A stretch of DNA of 64,000 bases, taken from positions 4,712,001-4,776,000 of the forward strand of contig OZ251222.1 in assembly GCA_965240325.2 (NCBI GenBank), written 5' to 3'. Shown here one piece after another: positions 46,001 through 57,552 of the stretch. The translations under genes and the position numbers were made by a program. Positions within the stretch are counted from its first letter, which is position 1; each line of letters opens with the position of its first letter. Under the pieces are notes generated by a model. It worked only from the letters and a program-made list of their open reading frames with translations. It was not told the DNA's origin and searched no databases. This stretch comes from Rebecca billardiae RCC1528. Taxonomy: Eukaryota > Protista > Haptophyta.

Positions 46001-46648
46001 GCCGGCGAGGCGCAGCAGGCCGCCGCCATCGTCGACGCGGCCGCCGAGGCGCGGCTGGCCGAGCAGCGCGCGCGCCAGGCGCAGTTCCTCGAGCAGTGGC
46101 AGCAGGAGAAGGCCAAGGAGCAGGAGGTGGCGGCGCGGCGCGAGCAGCTGCGCCGCGCGCGCGACGACGACGGCGCGTACGCCGCCGAGGACGACGACGC
46201 GCCCGCCGACGGCGCGCCGCGCGCCAAGAAGCCCAAGCGGCGGCGCAAGGCGGACAGGGCCGCCGCCGCGCGCGCGGACGAGTCAGACTCGGAGCCCGAG
46301 CGCGAGGGCGCGGACGCGGCCGACGGCGGCAGCGCGCTCGACGCGGCCGACGCGCTCGACGCGGACGCGGACGCGGAGGCGTACGCCGACGAGGACGGCG
46401 CGGACGGCGGCGCGGACGCCGAGATGCCCGACGCGCGCGCCAACGCGCACGCGCTCTTCGGCGACGACGAGGACGAGGCCGAGCCCGAGGCGGACGCCGA
46501 GGCCGAGGGCGCGCAGCACGCCGCGCCGCACGCGGACGCGGCCGAGCCGGCGGACGACGGCGGCGGCGCGGCCGCCAGGCCGTCGGCTGGCGGCGGCGCG
46601 CGCAAGGCGCGGCGCGTCATCGCGGACGACGACGACGATGACGACTAA
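43049..46648 (+). CDS. CTR9: PAF1 complex subunit CTR9 (TPR protein); introns 45101-45215 and 45314-45441
   Basis: ILIP...LPEDAYELVSILQRETAP; TPRs; VLNQLANHFF; VTTTYNLARL; NLYAAQGVGVVLAEKG; spliced AKEVF...NLAH...AIKLYEN; acidic tail. Confidence 0.92.
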   Translation: MSILIPIYDSNGSEALELPVDALPEDAYELVSILQRETAPPALWMQCALAYYAQGRGEQFKAVCESGADIPEDLFPDTRAERVGLVTALAGYHVNLGASTSDKKARKQHFDAAAQHYSRADTIDIGDHRIWLGRGFLNLHRGEPAKARHNFEQALRSRPLEPLALLGKACVCYASGAYLEALRLFQQLMTVCAAPPAGVRVGLGLCYAQLKQPARARACFERALELDPADAQAALALALAELNEGCGAGGASVRSAVERLGALHRADPANPNVLNQLANHFFYRKEFDRVERLARQAYQVTGNARVRAESFFHLGRVHQVRGNVAGARQFYSESAKHAPAFMLAHYGLGQMHMRAGDARAAADALARVAKAHPKAPEPLRALGALHVEARQLADAQRVLERLVALDDADPHAWALLAEVLVRAPNADADVLGRALGALAAAVDAHRQRREPTPAALWNNIGVIRARLGQPADAEDALQRALKLAAPPPPPPADASSPPPPPPPPLGAPAQVTTTYNLARLRERRREFGAAEELYRAIARAHPTYADAFIGLASCALARGERAEAEARLRQASALQPTHADTRCALGRLHADVREWHRAKQAFDSVLREGSADDRRDAYAMISVANIYAATASKADDADARRAGRPTKLERALELYLKVLGREPTNLYAAQGVGVVLAEKGYLQEVRAHARRGRAAPPPPRAHRPPTARAASAPSASASAPSAGQGGVHARARGRRRLGQDRGLGEPGAHADDRAAVRADPRAPPRGAAARAAPRAAVRARSRARAPRRRAAPPSPRTSPVLAIKLYENSLQRAAAHGAGTGGNSDAELALRVQLAHAQYRAGQFTACRRTLGRALRACPQRAPLWYDGALALYRAASVTHRDERAQADALRTASAQVQLSARILSRLAQARSSAAGGGAAAGEWRDLDAISAAHAKAYAAKCAELRAPLRERYNDAQARRSDEEARVAQIAEALESQRRAESRAAGEAQQAAAIVDAAAEARLAEQRARQAQFLEQWQQEKAKEQEVAARREQLRRARDDDGAYAAEDDDAPADGAPRAKKPKRRRKADRAAAARADESDSEPEREGADAADGGSALDAADALDADADAEAYADEDGADGGADAEMPDARANAHALFGDDEDEAEPEADAEAEGAQHAAPHADAAEPADDGGGAAARPSAGGGARKARRVIADDDDDDD

Positions 46649-46965
46649 GCTGCGCGCGCGGAGGGCAGCGCAGCAGCACACTCCGACGAAGGCACGCGCG
46701 CAGCTGTGCGGCTTATTGCGGAACGACTACCGGCAGTCGGCGTCATCGTTGTCACTCATCAGCAGTCTCAGACATGAGACATTGTCAGTTCTCAGAACGT
46801 GATGATGACGCGATTTACGCGCGTGTCCGCCATCGTCATCAACTCAAACTAGGCTAGACTATAACGTCGTAGTCGTAGTATTCTCTATAGCTGCTACACT
46901 GTGCGCTCATTGAATGCGCTGCGCTCAGTTAGGCGGCTCCTAAGTAGTACGGTCGATCATCATCG

Positions 46966-47435
<470 letters not shown>

Positions 47436-47974
47436 TATTGCTGACGCGATGACGAAGCCCGCGCAGCGCCGGCGGCCGCCGTTCCGCGAAGCTGCGACTG
47501 CGTCCGCGCCGTCCGCCGTCCGCCCCGTTGCACTGTGACTGGCCTGACGATGACTGGGCGCAGGCGGATCGCGAGCGCGCGTGTTAGAACTTGGCTGCGC
47601 GCTGTTGAGTGTTGGCCATGCGCCGGGGGCGGCTCCGGGGCGGGCCGCGCCCCGGTAGCCTGACGAGTGTGATGCTCACTACGAGTCGGTCTACGACCTC
47701 CGCCCCACCGCAGCCCGCGGCGGAGTGGGAACGCCCGCCCTCACCCTGCCGCCGCGCCAGGCCGCCAGGGCTCATGCGCCAGCAGCGTAGTTCAGTGATT
47801 TAGTTCAGCGCCTGCGCCCTATTCATCGCATCGCATCGCATCACTAGTGATCATCTCGCGCCTGCCACGACGCCGAGACGATGACGATGAACCCGCGCGC
47901 CGCCCAGCGCGCTGCTGCGTAGTCGCTCCTCGACGATGCCGATGACTGCCGTGGGCGGCGCTGGTCCCGTCGGC

Positions 47975-49195
47975 TCAGCTGGCACGGCCAGCCGGCGGGG
48001 CCGGGGCGGCGCCCGCGCGAGCATCAGCCGTTCCCACGGCGTGCAGCAGCTCAGCCACCTGCTCCGCCGGGCTCATGCCCGGGCTGCCCACCTGCCGCGC
48101 GCACACGCCACCCACACCGGCCCAGTCCAGCACGTGCTGGAAGACGTCGTCGCGGCAGAAGCTGTCGCAGTACTGGCCCGCGACCGCGATGGCGGGCATG
48201 GGCGAGTACGTCTGGTGCCACCAGCGCGGCGGGATCAGCACGAGCTCGCCCGCGCGCTGCACGCACGAGCGCGCGCCCTCGAGGGCGGCCGAAGGCAGCC
48301 GCGTGTCCGGCAGCAGCAGGCCGGACGCCGGGTCGGCGAGCGTCTCCAGCGCGTCGGAGAGCGCCGACGCGCCCCCTGCCGCAGCTGCTGCGCCCCCTGC
48401 CCCCTCCTCACCGCCCGCCTGCACGCCCTCGAGCTCGTGCAGGGAGCGCGCGCGCGGCGCGCGCGGCGAGCGCCGGGCGAAGAGGTCGTGGTCGGACTGC
48501 CAGCCGGCGGAGAGGGAGGCGCCCTCGTCGCCCCACGCGATCGAAGGCAGCCGGTACGTGCCGAGCCGCGCCGCCTCCTCCGCGCCCGCGTGCGGCGGCA
48601 GGAAGCGCCACAGCTTGGCGCCCTCGAGCGCCGCGTTGGTGCCCACCCACTCGAACGGGTCTGCGTGCAGGGTGGAGCGGCCGCCCTCGCCGGTGAGCAC
48701 GACGCAGCAGCCCTGCGGGCGGAGGCGCGGCGGGAAGTGCGCGAACCAGTCGGGCTCGAACAGCTCGGCGCGGAGCGCCAGCGCGCCCGACGCGTGCAGC
48801 CGCGGCGCCGCCGCCGGCACCAGCTGCTCGTCAAACAGCACGAGGGAGCGCTCGTGGCTCGACTCGAGCGCGAGATCGCACACCTCGCCGAGGCGGGCGC
48901 GGTGCAGCTGCACGCCGGCGTCGGCCGAGCGCACTTGGAACTCGACCTCAGCCGCACCCGCGGCGTCCAGCAGCTCGTCCGCCCAGCGCGCCGCCCCACG
49001 CGCGTCCTGGAAGGCGCTCGTGAGAACGACCGGGCCCTGCCGCAGGCGTGCGTGCAGCTGTGTGCGCGAGAGCGTGCGCGCGTCGAGGCGCGGCACGCGG
49101 CTAGACGTCGCACTCGCCGAGGTCAGAGAGGGTAGCGCGACCAGGGAGCAAAGGAGGCGGAGCCGCGCGGCGGCGCCAGGCGCGCGTCGTGCCAT
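47975..49195 (-). CDS. JmjC/cupin 2-oxoglutarate-Fe(II) oxygenase (JMJD4/6-like) with a signal-like N-terminus
   Basis: STLHADP...GAKLWRF...VQRAGELVLIPPRWWHQT; HxD...H triad intact. Confidence 0.85.
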   Translation of the reverse strand: MARRAPGAAARLRLLCSLVALPSLTSASATSSRVPRLDARTLSRTQLHARLRQGPVVLTSAFQDARGAARWADELLDAAGAAEVEFQVRSADAGVQLHRARLGEVCDLALESSHERSLVLFDEQLVPAAAPRLHASGALALRAELFEPDWFAHFPPRLRPQGCCVVLTGEGGRSTLHADPFEWVGTNAALEGAKLWRFLPPHAGAEEAARLGTYRLPSIAWGDEGASLSAGWQSDHDLFARRSPRAPRARSLHELEGVQAGGEEGAGGAAAAAGGASALSDALETLADPASGLLLPDTRLPSAALEGARSCVQRAGELVLIPPRWWHQTYSPMPAIAVAGQYCDSFCRDDVFQHVLDWAGVGGVCARQVGSPGMSPAEQVAELLHAVGTADARAGAAPAPPAGRAS

Positions 49196-49506
49196 GCCGC
49201 GTGGACGGGCCGGGCCGTCTTGCTGATGGCGCGATTTTCATAAAAACCGAATGACCATTGACCAGGCGGCGCGGAGAATGACGCACCGATAATAATTCAG
49301 CAGCATGGCGGCCGTGCGTGCCGCCTCAGTAGTCAGTGAGTCAGTGACATATCATCGGTCTATTGAACTGCTAGTAGTACTACAGCGTCAGCTAGATATA
49401 TTATTGCACTTCGAGTACCCCCATACCGTCCCGCGCAGAATTGATGCTGAATGCGGCTACAGTCATACTGTAGTACGCGTCATCACAGCCGACTCAGTAT
49501 GGGGGT

Positions 49507-50492
49507 CCCCTTACCGCAGTTCAATCTGCTTCGTATGGAAGCAGATTTGACGGCGGCCGCTGCGCGCGCTTTGCGGCCCACCCACGCGCGCCTGGGCGTT
49601 GAACACGGCTTGAGAGTGCCCAGGCATGGTCTGGCTACCCTCAGACAGCCGCCAGCCTAGTACCTCCAGCTTCACCGCCTCCACGATGGCAACGCGCGGC
49701 GGCGCCGAGCTGCCGTCGTGCTGGCTGGGCGCTCGACTGGCCCGCGACACCCGGCTGCACTCCTTGCAGCCGCTTCAAGCACGTGGGCGACCGACAAAGA
49801 TGATTGTAGACAGTGTACATACTGCGCGCGTTACTCTGCGCGCGTTCGCATGACCGATCACGCTGAAAGTGCCCACCAGCCAGCCGCGCGGGACACGCTG
49901 AGGCACGGGTCGGGCTCCTTGGCCTTGCGGCACGCCGCACGCGGTGTGTACACCGAGTGCAAGTCAGGCAGGCGCTTCGCGGGAGTGGTGGTATCGCTTC
50001 TTCGCTTGTCTTGGCGTCGATCGCAGGCGCGACGCGCGTACCCCTCGCAAGTACACCCTCCTCGTGCTCAGTGTCACTCGCGCGGAGCCCACGGTGAGGG
50101 ATCTTGAGCTCGAGGTGCAGCGTACGAGGCTACGGGCGCTGAGTAGCAGCCTACCGACCGGCGCACGGGTGACGACCGTCATCCATTATGTTATGATACC
50201 CCTCCCAGCCTCACGCCGCAGCCTGACGATCACCTCCGCAGCGGTTTGAGCACCATTCCAAATCTGCTTCGTGGCGTGTTCAAACGCTCGTTTGGCACTC
50301 CGTCTGGACGCCGTGGCACGGGAGAAGCCGGGAAGGGCGGTGGCGGCGAGGCTCGGGTCATCGATGGGTATGGTCCCAAAGATGCCCCCAAGCGTGCGCG
50401 CGCCCGCTCGCGCCGTCTACCTGCGCGCCCAGCGCTCCCACGCCGCCGCCCACCCAAATCTGCTTCGTATAGAAGCAGACTGCGGTAAGGGG
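49507..50492. mobile_element. Putative non-autonomous TIR element (~990 bp)
   Basis: Left end CCCCTTACCGCAGT..TCTGCTTC..GAAGCAGATTTG matches the reverse complement of ~50456-50492; internal partial copy at ~50260. Confidence 0.6.
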
Positions 50493-50561
50493 TCTGCCGA
50501 GTATAATAATAAAGAGCGTGCAATCGCCGGCGAGCCGCTCGACTACGGTCGAACCAGCCCT

Positions 50562-51635
50562 TCAGCCAGCTGGCGGGCGCAGGCCGTACAGCGGGTTGGG
50601 CGCCTGGCGGGCGTTCGCGACGTGACGCGTGTGAACGAGCATCTCCACGGGCAGGCCAGACGCCAGGGCACAGCGCGCCAGGCCATGGCCGCTCTTGATG
50701 ATGCCGCGGCCGTGCTTGGCGACTGCTGCCGTCATGACAGCATCGGCCATGTCGACGGGCTCACACGCGCTCGACGGCTCGCCGTACCCCGGGAAGCACG
50801 CGCCCGAGCCAAGGCACTTGCGCTGGAGCGTGCGCAGGGAGCCGAGAGCAGCGCCCACCAGCACATCGGAGACGCAGTTGAATCTCTGCCAGGCGCGGCC
50901 CTGGCATGCAAAGGGGAAGACGATGGCGCCGCTGGTCTGCAGCAGCGCCAGAGACCGCGCGCCGAGCGCGGGTTTCCAGAAGACGTCTGGGCGCGTGATG
51001 ACGACGTGGGAGACCTCCAGCGAAGCGCGTGGGCTCGCCTCCACACCCGCCCGTCTCGACTCGGCGAGGTCGCACGCGTGAGGCGGGCCGATGGCGGTAT
51101 CGATGCCTCGGCGGAGGAGAAGGCCAGCGGAGGAACGAGCCCGGGACCCAATCGGCACCAGCTGCACGGACGTGAGCCACGGGCCATCGTACATCCCCAG
51201 CAGCTGCGCTGTCCAGTTACACGCGCACCGCTGCGAGCAGTCGTACGAGAGCAGGTGCACATCCAGAGCAGCGGCTGCGCGCGAGATGGGCTCGAGCAGG
51301 AACCGCGTCTGAGTCGAGGCAGCGTTGTCCTGCCACTTGATGCCGCCGGATGCACAGATCGTCTGCCTGGACTTTCCCTCAGGGGGCACATACCGGCCGC
51401 TCTCACCTGCAATGAACACCGCAACACGCAGTCGAGTCAGATGCTCCGCAGCGCCAACCGTGGAGCCGTTCAGTGTGCCGCTCGCTGATGTTGGCACGCC
51501 AGACGGCACGCGGGCAACGACCAGTGGCAGCTGCTCGAACGGATTCTGCACGGTAGCGCTCGTGGAATCAGCACTGAGCGTTCTAAGTATGGTCGCCGAG
51601 ACAGCCACAACCAGTGCCCACGCTGACGACGCCAT
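50562..51635 (-). CDS. Secreted/Golgi protein of unknown function, glycosyltransferase-like (VAVFIAG...RPD family)
   Basis: Signal peptide MASSAWALVVAVSA; RVAVFIAGESGRY and SHVVITRPD motifs. Confidence 0.55.
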   Translation of the reverse strand: MASSAWALVVAVSATILRTLSADSTSATVQNPFEQLPLVVARVPSGVPTSASGTLNGSTVGAAEHLTRLRVAVFIAGESGRYVPPEGKSRQTICASGGIKWQDNAASTQTRFLLEPISRAAAALDVHLLSYDCSQRCACNWTAQLLGMYDGPWLTSVQLVPIGSRARSSAGLLLRRGIDTAIGPPHACDLAESRRAGVEASPRASLEVSHVVITRPDVFWKPALGARSLALLQTSGAIVFPFACQGRAWQRFNCVSDVLVGAALGSLRTLQRKCLGSGACFPGYGEPSSACEPVDMADAVMTAAVAKHGRGIIKSGHGLARCALASGLPVEMLVHTRHVANARQAPNPLYGLRPPAG

Positions 51636-51736
51636 CGCTGCGGTCCCGACCGTCCGAAGCGGACGCCGCCCCCGCGAGCCACTGAGCCCGTCCGGCAGTG
51701 GCCGGTTTCGACTTTGCGGGTTCGTCATCCACGTTG

Positions 51737-52521
51737 ATGGGCGCCTGCGGCAGCAAGCCAGGACCGAGTGAAGCGGACGAGCCGCGTGACGCCCCGCAGG
51801 AGGCAGCAGGGATGGCGTCGGCGCCGTTCAACGTGGAGCTCGTCATCCAGCTCGGCGAGACTCCCGACACCCAGGCCTCTCTCGTCCTGGAGGTGAATCC
51901 GAGCTGGGCGCCACTCGGCGCGGCTCAGTTCCGCTCGCTGGTCGAGTCAGGCTACTACAATGGGTGCAAGTTTCACCGCGTGGTCGACGGCTTCATGGCG
52001 CAGGTAGGTGGCGGGTGCGCCCATGCCCGTCCATCTCGCCGAGCGGGCGGCACTGCTGGCTCGTCCAAGGCGCGGCCAAGCTGCCGCCCAGCGCAGCTTT
52101 CCGTCATCCCTTGCGCCCAACGCACCCGTCCACCCACACCCTTTGGCAGGTTGGCATCTGCGGCGACCCAAAGCTGTATGCGTCTGCGGCGGCGAAGAAG
52201 ATCGATGACGACAAGGTCGGTCCTGCGAGCAACAAGCGTGGAACGGTGTCCTTTGCCACGTCCGGCCCGAACGCGCGATCGACGCAGGTGTTCTTCAACC
52301 TGGTCGACAACACTTTCCTCGACGAGTCCGGCTTCACGCCGTTCGCCAAGGTGACGGGCAATGGCATGGAGGCAGTCGTCGACAAGCTCTACGCCGGGTA
52401 CGGCGAGGGTGCGCCAAAGGGGCGTGGCCCGGAGCAGGCTCGAATCAAAGAGGAGGGCGATGCGTACCTCGCCAACTTCCCCAAGCTGAGCACCATCGTG
52501 TCCGCCAAAATCGCCGCGTGA
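51737..52521 (+). CDS. Cyclophilin-type peptidyl-prolyl isomerase with N-terminal MGACGS acylation motif; intron 52004-52149
   Basis: WAPLGAAQF, FHRVVDGFMAQ|VG, GTVSFATSGPNARSTQVFFNL, FTPFAKV. Confidence 0.92.
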
Positions 52522-55500
52522 TGAGCTGATTGCTGACTGGGGACCCTGCCCGGCAGCGTGCACCGACATGCGGACCATGGGAATGCACGCCGCGATACAG
52601 GCTTGCAATCACTCGTCAGCCCGTCTGCGGCGGGTGAGCGCACGGGGAGTCCGGTATCCTGGGCGCCGCACCCGGCGGTGGCCGGTTACTCGGATAATAA
52701 GCTTAAGCTACTCTCGTCGGAGTTCAATATTCTACGACTTCTCAGAGCAGTATTCATATTCGGCCGGTATACGGTGAGTGGCGCGGTGGCATATCAACTA
52801 TAATAACCCGCGCGCCGGCGCGGTAGCGAAATCGTCCGGCGAGTATTATATATTATATAATAACTATTAACTAATACGTCACTCACCGGTCGCCGGCCGC
52901 GGACTCCGATTCTGACTACTGACACTACTACTGATAATATGATTAGCGGCACTTGATCACTATTAGACACTGCTAACCGTATAGCAGACTATAGTGGATG
53001 AGTAGTGCCGACTTGGCCTACGGTTGGTGATGAGTCTGAGTGCTAGCCTTGGTGCCACCGAGCCTGCCGGCCCGCGGCCGCTGCCGGGACGGGCCGTTGC
53101 GCAGCTGGCCAGCTGGGCGCTTGGCGCGCGGTCGCCGCACTCACTGCTCGTCCGCGCGGACCAAAGTGGACAGCCGACTATTATTGTCTCGGTCTATGCA
53201 CGAGTTCGCGCGTGGAATGAGCCTCGGTCGACCGCTGGCGCTAGGCTCATGGCCATGGGACCAGATGGCGGCTGCATTGGCCAGTTGAGGCCGTGACTGG
53301 CGGCGCGCTGCAGCTGGGCGCTTGGCGCGCGGTCGCACTCACTGCCCCGCGCGACCCAAAGCCGACAGGCGACTGTCGTCTATGCACGATTTCGCATGCA
53401 CGAATTCGCGCGCCAATATGGTGGTTGGCACCACACGGTCCAGCACGCAGTACGCACGCAGCGCGGCCCGAGGCTGTCCCGTGTCCGTGCACGACCGACC
53501 TGAACTCGCGGTCTGTGGGCCGGCTCCGAGTCCGAACACGCGTCGGAATCCTGGTGCGAGGCATCCGGAACATGGTGTGACGCACTCGCCGCCCAGTCGT
53601 CAGACACATGCTGTAGCGGTACTGCGGCAGTCCGCGCAAAATGACGCAGCAAACAAATCGCTATACCGCGGCTTGCACAGACAGATTGCGTCCGAGCACG
53701 GCCCACCGCGAGTCGCTGGCCCGCGCGGGCCCGCTCGATAGTAATACACTCCGCCGCAACCGCACCTTGACTGCCCCCCAGCCCCGTTTTTGGCCGCACG
53801 ATTGCGAATCTCAGAGTTACTTGGCCAGTCAATGTTTAGAGTTTTGAAGAAGGCGAAAGACTATCTGGCGGCCGAAACGAGGGACGGCTGTCCCGATGGC
53901 GTTCCGGCCGCGAAGTCCGCCGGTGCCTTGCACGAGGGCGGCCGATCAGTGGCGCCTAGCCCGGTCGTCCGCGCAGTTGTGTCAGCGCACGCGCCATGTG
54001 TGTGCCCCCCGCTGTCACGGCATGTTGTGCGCCAGCACCGTGGGAGCTCCTCGCCTGTTCCTGTCACTCACTGCCAAGCGACGGTGCAGAGATCTTCAGT
54101 CCGAGCCCGCGTCCGCGACTGCTGAACTTCTGTGATACGTGTGCGATTCCTTGCAGAAAAGCACGCTCTGCTCCCGCAAATCTACCTGGCGAACGTGCGC
54201 TGGTGTCAATGCTTCACGCAGTGCACAAATGCCATGGCGAATCAGTCTTCCCTGCGTGTCACAGGCCTTGGCGTTTGCACATCGACAAGCTAACGGAGAC
54301 GTCAGACGAGTCCCGACGAGCTGCGTATGGCTGTGGTCGCATGTAGTGTGGGCGTCGAACGCCGGAGAAGGTGGTGGCTGAAGGCGATAGAAGTATGCTC
54401 TCCCATCGGGTACAAGCCAGGCTTGGAAGACGTCTGCTTGCATCACACACACAGCTTACGCCGACCCGTGCGACGTGAAGCGCCTCAAGCGTGACGGAAG
54501 CAACCCAAGGTGCGCGCAAGGCGTGAGGAGCAGGGTGATCTAACCTTACGCGGGCCTGCTCATCTAGCAGCGCACTCAGTAGATCGCCCCCGTCCTCAGG
54601 CGCACTATGACCACCGAATCGTGAATGTGTAGACGCTGACGCGTGCCAGCTTGCGGCGAGCAGCGACCGTGCCGCGGACTCGGGCCTCGCGCAAGAACAA
54701 GCAGGTTTTTTTGGCGCGGAGGACGCTAGCATGACCTGCACGTACAGCGGGGAGATTGTTTGCAAGGCGTGCCCTACATACAGCTCGCGTGCCCCTCAGA
54801 TATCCCGCGCGGAGAACGTCAGCAGCCCAGCATCGCAGTCCGCGCCGCAGCCCCAACCACTCAGCTCCGCCCCTCGCCCACCACGAGACGGCGAGATACC
54901 GACGAAGTGGAACGGAGCGAGCATCTATTTCCTATTGGGGCTCGCGGGAGCCGATGTGATCATTTTTCATTGAGCGAAGCCCGAGCTGGCTTCCCATTGG
55001 ACGGATTGGCGGCTGCGCTACTCCGCAAGGCGAAACACTTACAGCTTCACATCCCGAAAATGCAAGTTTGGACAATAGAGTGAGGCACCCTCCTCCAATG
55101 AAATTGCTGAAAATCCCGACGAAACTTTACTGACGTACGTCAGTAAACGCAATCTCCGGGAGATATGGCCATTTCCGCCCACTGGGGTCATTCAAGGTGA
55201 ACTACCACTACGTCTACTGTCACTGTGTCTACACTCCGTATACTGTCAGTACTCAATATATATATATATATGTATATATATCGATATATATACATAGTAG
55301 TGATGTCAAATAATAGGCGACCGCCATAATAATAATTTTTTATTATTAATAATAAGTAGGCCGTCGCGTTATTCGGTTATAGTACTCATTATTAGAAGTG
55401 TTATTTATAGCTGATAACGCGACGACGACGCGCGGCGCAGATGAAGCAGCGTCCGGCCCAGGACTACCTCAGGAGGCCGCCAGCTCAAGCTGCTACAGCT

Positions 55501-55692
55501 CCTACGACAGCAGTCCGAGCCACGATAAGGGCCAAGGCCGCTCAGATCGGCTCAGCCGCGTCCGGGGCAGCGTGAGCGCGGGCTTGGGCCTGGGGCAGTT
55601 CACAGTGCCCCAGCGCTCCGGCTCTCGCCGTCTCGCGCCCCCACGACCACGCGCCGTGCGACGCGCCCGCGTGCCCTGCTCACAGCTCGTCA

Positions 55693-57070
55693 TCACAGCA
55701 TGCTGGCGCAGTGCTTCCGGATCCACGGCTGCTGCTCCATGTTCTCAAGCTTGAGCCGCGCTTTGGCGTCTTTCACGAGCAGCTGCGCGCGCGGGGTCGG
55801 TGGGCAGGGGCGCGCCAAGCGCTCAGGCGCTGCCGTGGCGCGCGCGCGTCGCACTGCGGCGCGCGCCGAGCGGCGCGCGTGTCACACCTTCCGCAGCAGG
55901 TCGGCCGCCTCCGAGGAGACAAAGGATGGGATGCGCAGGTCCACCTTAGTGATCCGGCGGTACGTCTCGTGCGCGCCCGCCGCCTCGAAGGGCGGCGTGC
56001 CCACGAGGAACTCGTACATGAGCACGCCGAGCGACCACACGTCGACCAGGTCGTCGTGGTCCTGCCCCTCGATCATCTCGGGCGGCAGGTAGTCCATCGT
56101 GCCGCACAGCGTCGTGCGGCGCGCGTGCGGCGCGTGCACTGACCAGCCAAAGTCGGCGATTTTGAGCTCGCCCTTGATGTCGAGCAGGAGGTTCTCCGGC
56201 TTGATATCGCGGTGGATCACGTGCTTCGTGTGGCAGTAGCGCAGCGCGCGCGTGAGCTGCAGGATATACTTGGCCGAGCGCCTCTCGTCAAACCGGCCGC
56301 ACTTCTGCAGCTCCTTGTACAGCTCGCCCTTGCCCGCGTACTCGAGGATGAGGTACACGCGCGTCGAGTCGTAAAAGTAGCCGTACAATCGCAGGATGTT
56401 GGGGTGGCGCAGGTGCGCCTGGATCTCAATCTCCCGCCTCAGCTGGTGCTCGACGCCCGCCTTCTGCAGCTGCGCCTTGAAGAGCACCTTGAGCGCGACG
56501 ATGTACTGAGAGCGCTTCTCGCGCGCGAGGTAGACGTTGCCAAACTTGCCGCGGCCGAGCGGCTTGCCGATGTCAAAGTCGTTCAGCGAGAATACGCGCG
56601 GCTTCTGCGCCGTGCCGCTGTCGATCATCCCGCTGCGCGAGCGCGGCGCGCGAGCGCGCGCAGGCACCTCAGCGCACAGCCGTCCTCGCCGAGCCGTGCA
56701 CCTCGCGCGCACTGGCCGAGCGCACGAGGGCGCGCGTGCGCGCCGCGCACGTGCGCGAGCGCGCACCTGCGCTTCGCGTCCGCTGGCTGCGCGTCCTTTG
56801 CGGCGCCCTTTACCGGTATGCGCTGCGCCCCATGCTCCCCCTTCGCCTGCAGCGGCAGCGCACCACACGGCGCGAGCGCGACGTGTGGCGTCAGATCGGA
56901 CGCAGGCGACGGCCGCGCGCGCACCTCTGACCGACGTGCGCCCAGGCGCGCTGGCGCGGGCGCGACGCGGCGCGCTGTGGCAGGAGACACACCTTCCCAG
57001 GCGACACGTTCTCCTTTGAGGAGATCGTGAGGTTGCCCATGTGGGTCGCGAGCGTGCGCGACGACGCCAT
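55693..57070 (-). CDS. AURK: Aurora kinase; introns 56847-56992, 56633-56766, 55783-55887
   Basis: N-terminal KEN box; [47 protein letters not shown]; spliced C-terminus ...QPWIRKH. Confidence 0.95.
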
Positions 57071-57552
57071 GTCGCGGGTGCTCCGCTTGAACGACTGCCG
57101 CGCCAGGAGTTTCACCCACAAAAGCGGCAAACGTCTGGTGTGGGAGTCCGGCCGAGCGATCTCAGACACCAGAGATTGCAATCCGGTACCGCCCTGGGCC
57201 AGTAATCTCAAATCACCGTGCGTCCGGGTCGGAGACAGTCCGCAACTAACTAACCCGAGCCAATCGCCAGCTCGCAGCCTCACGGCCCGCCGCCCCTTGG
57301 CCAGGGAGGGGCTCCACACGCCGCACGCACTCGGACCATCAGCGCCAGGCGCGTGTGCGCTCCCAGCGGCCGCGCGCTCACGCCGCAGTCTTCCAACCGT
57401 CCAGTGGGCCGGGCAGGCGGCCCTGCGCGGGCGTAGCCGCAGCCGCAGCCTCAGGCCCAGGGACCAGGCCCAGGGCCAGGGACCAGGAGGGTGAGACCAG
57501 GCTCCAGGCCTCACTCCTGATGCGCACGGTGCGCACGGCGAGCGCGCCGAGC

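Noticed and set aside
53800-55083. Short ORFs that might be a degraded gene or transposase
   Set aside because: No motif recognised and no consistent frame; cannot be supported
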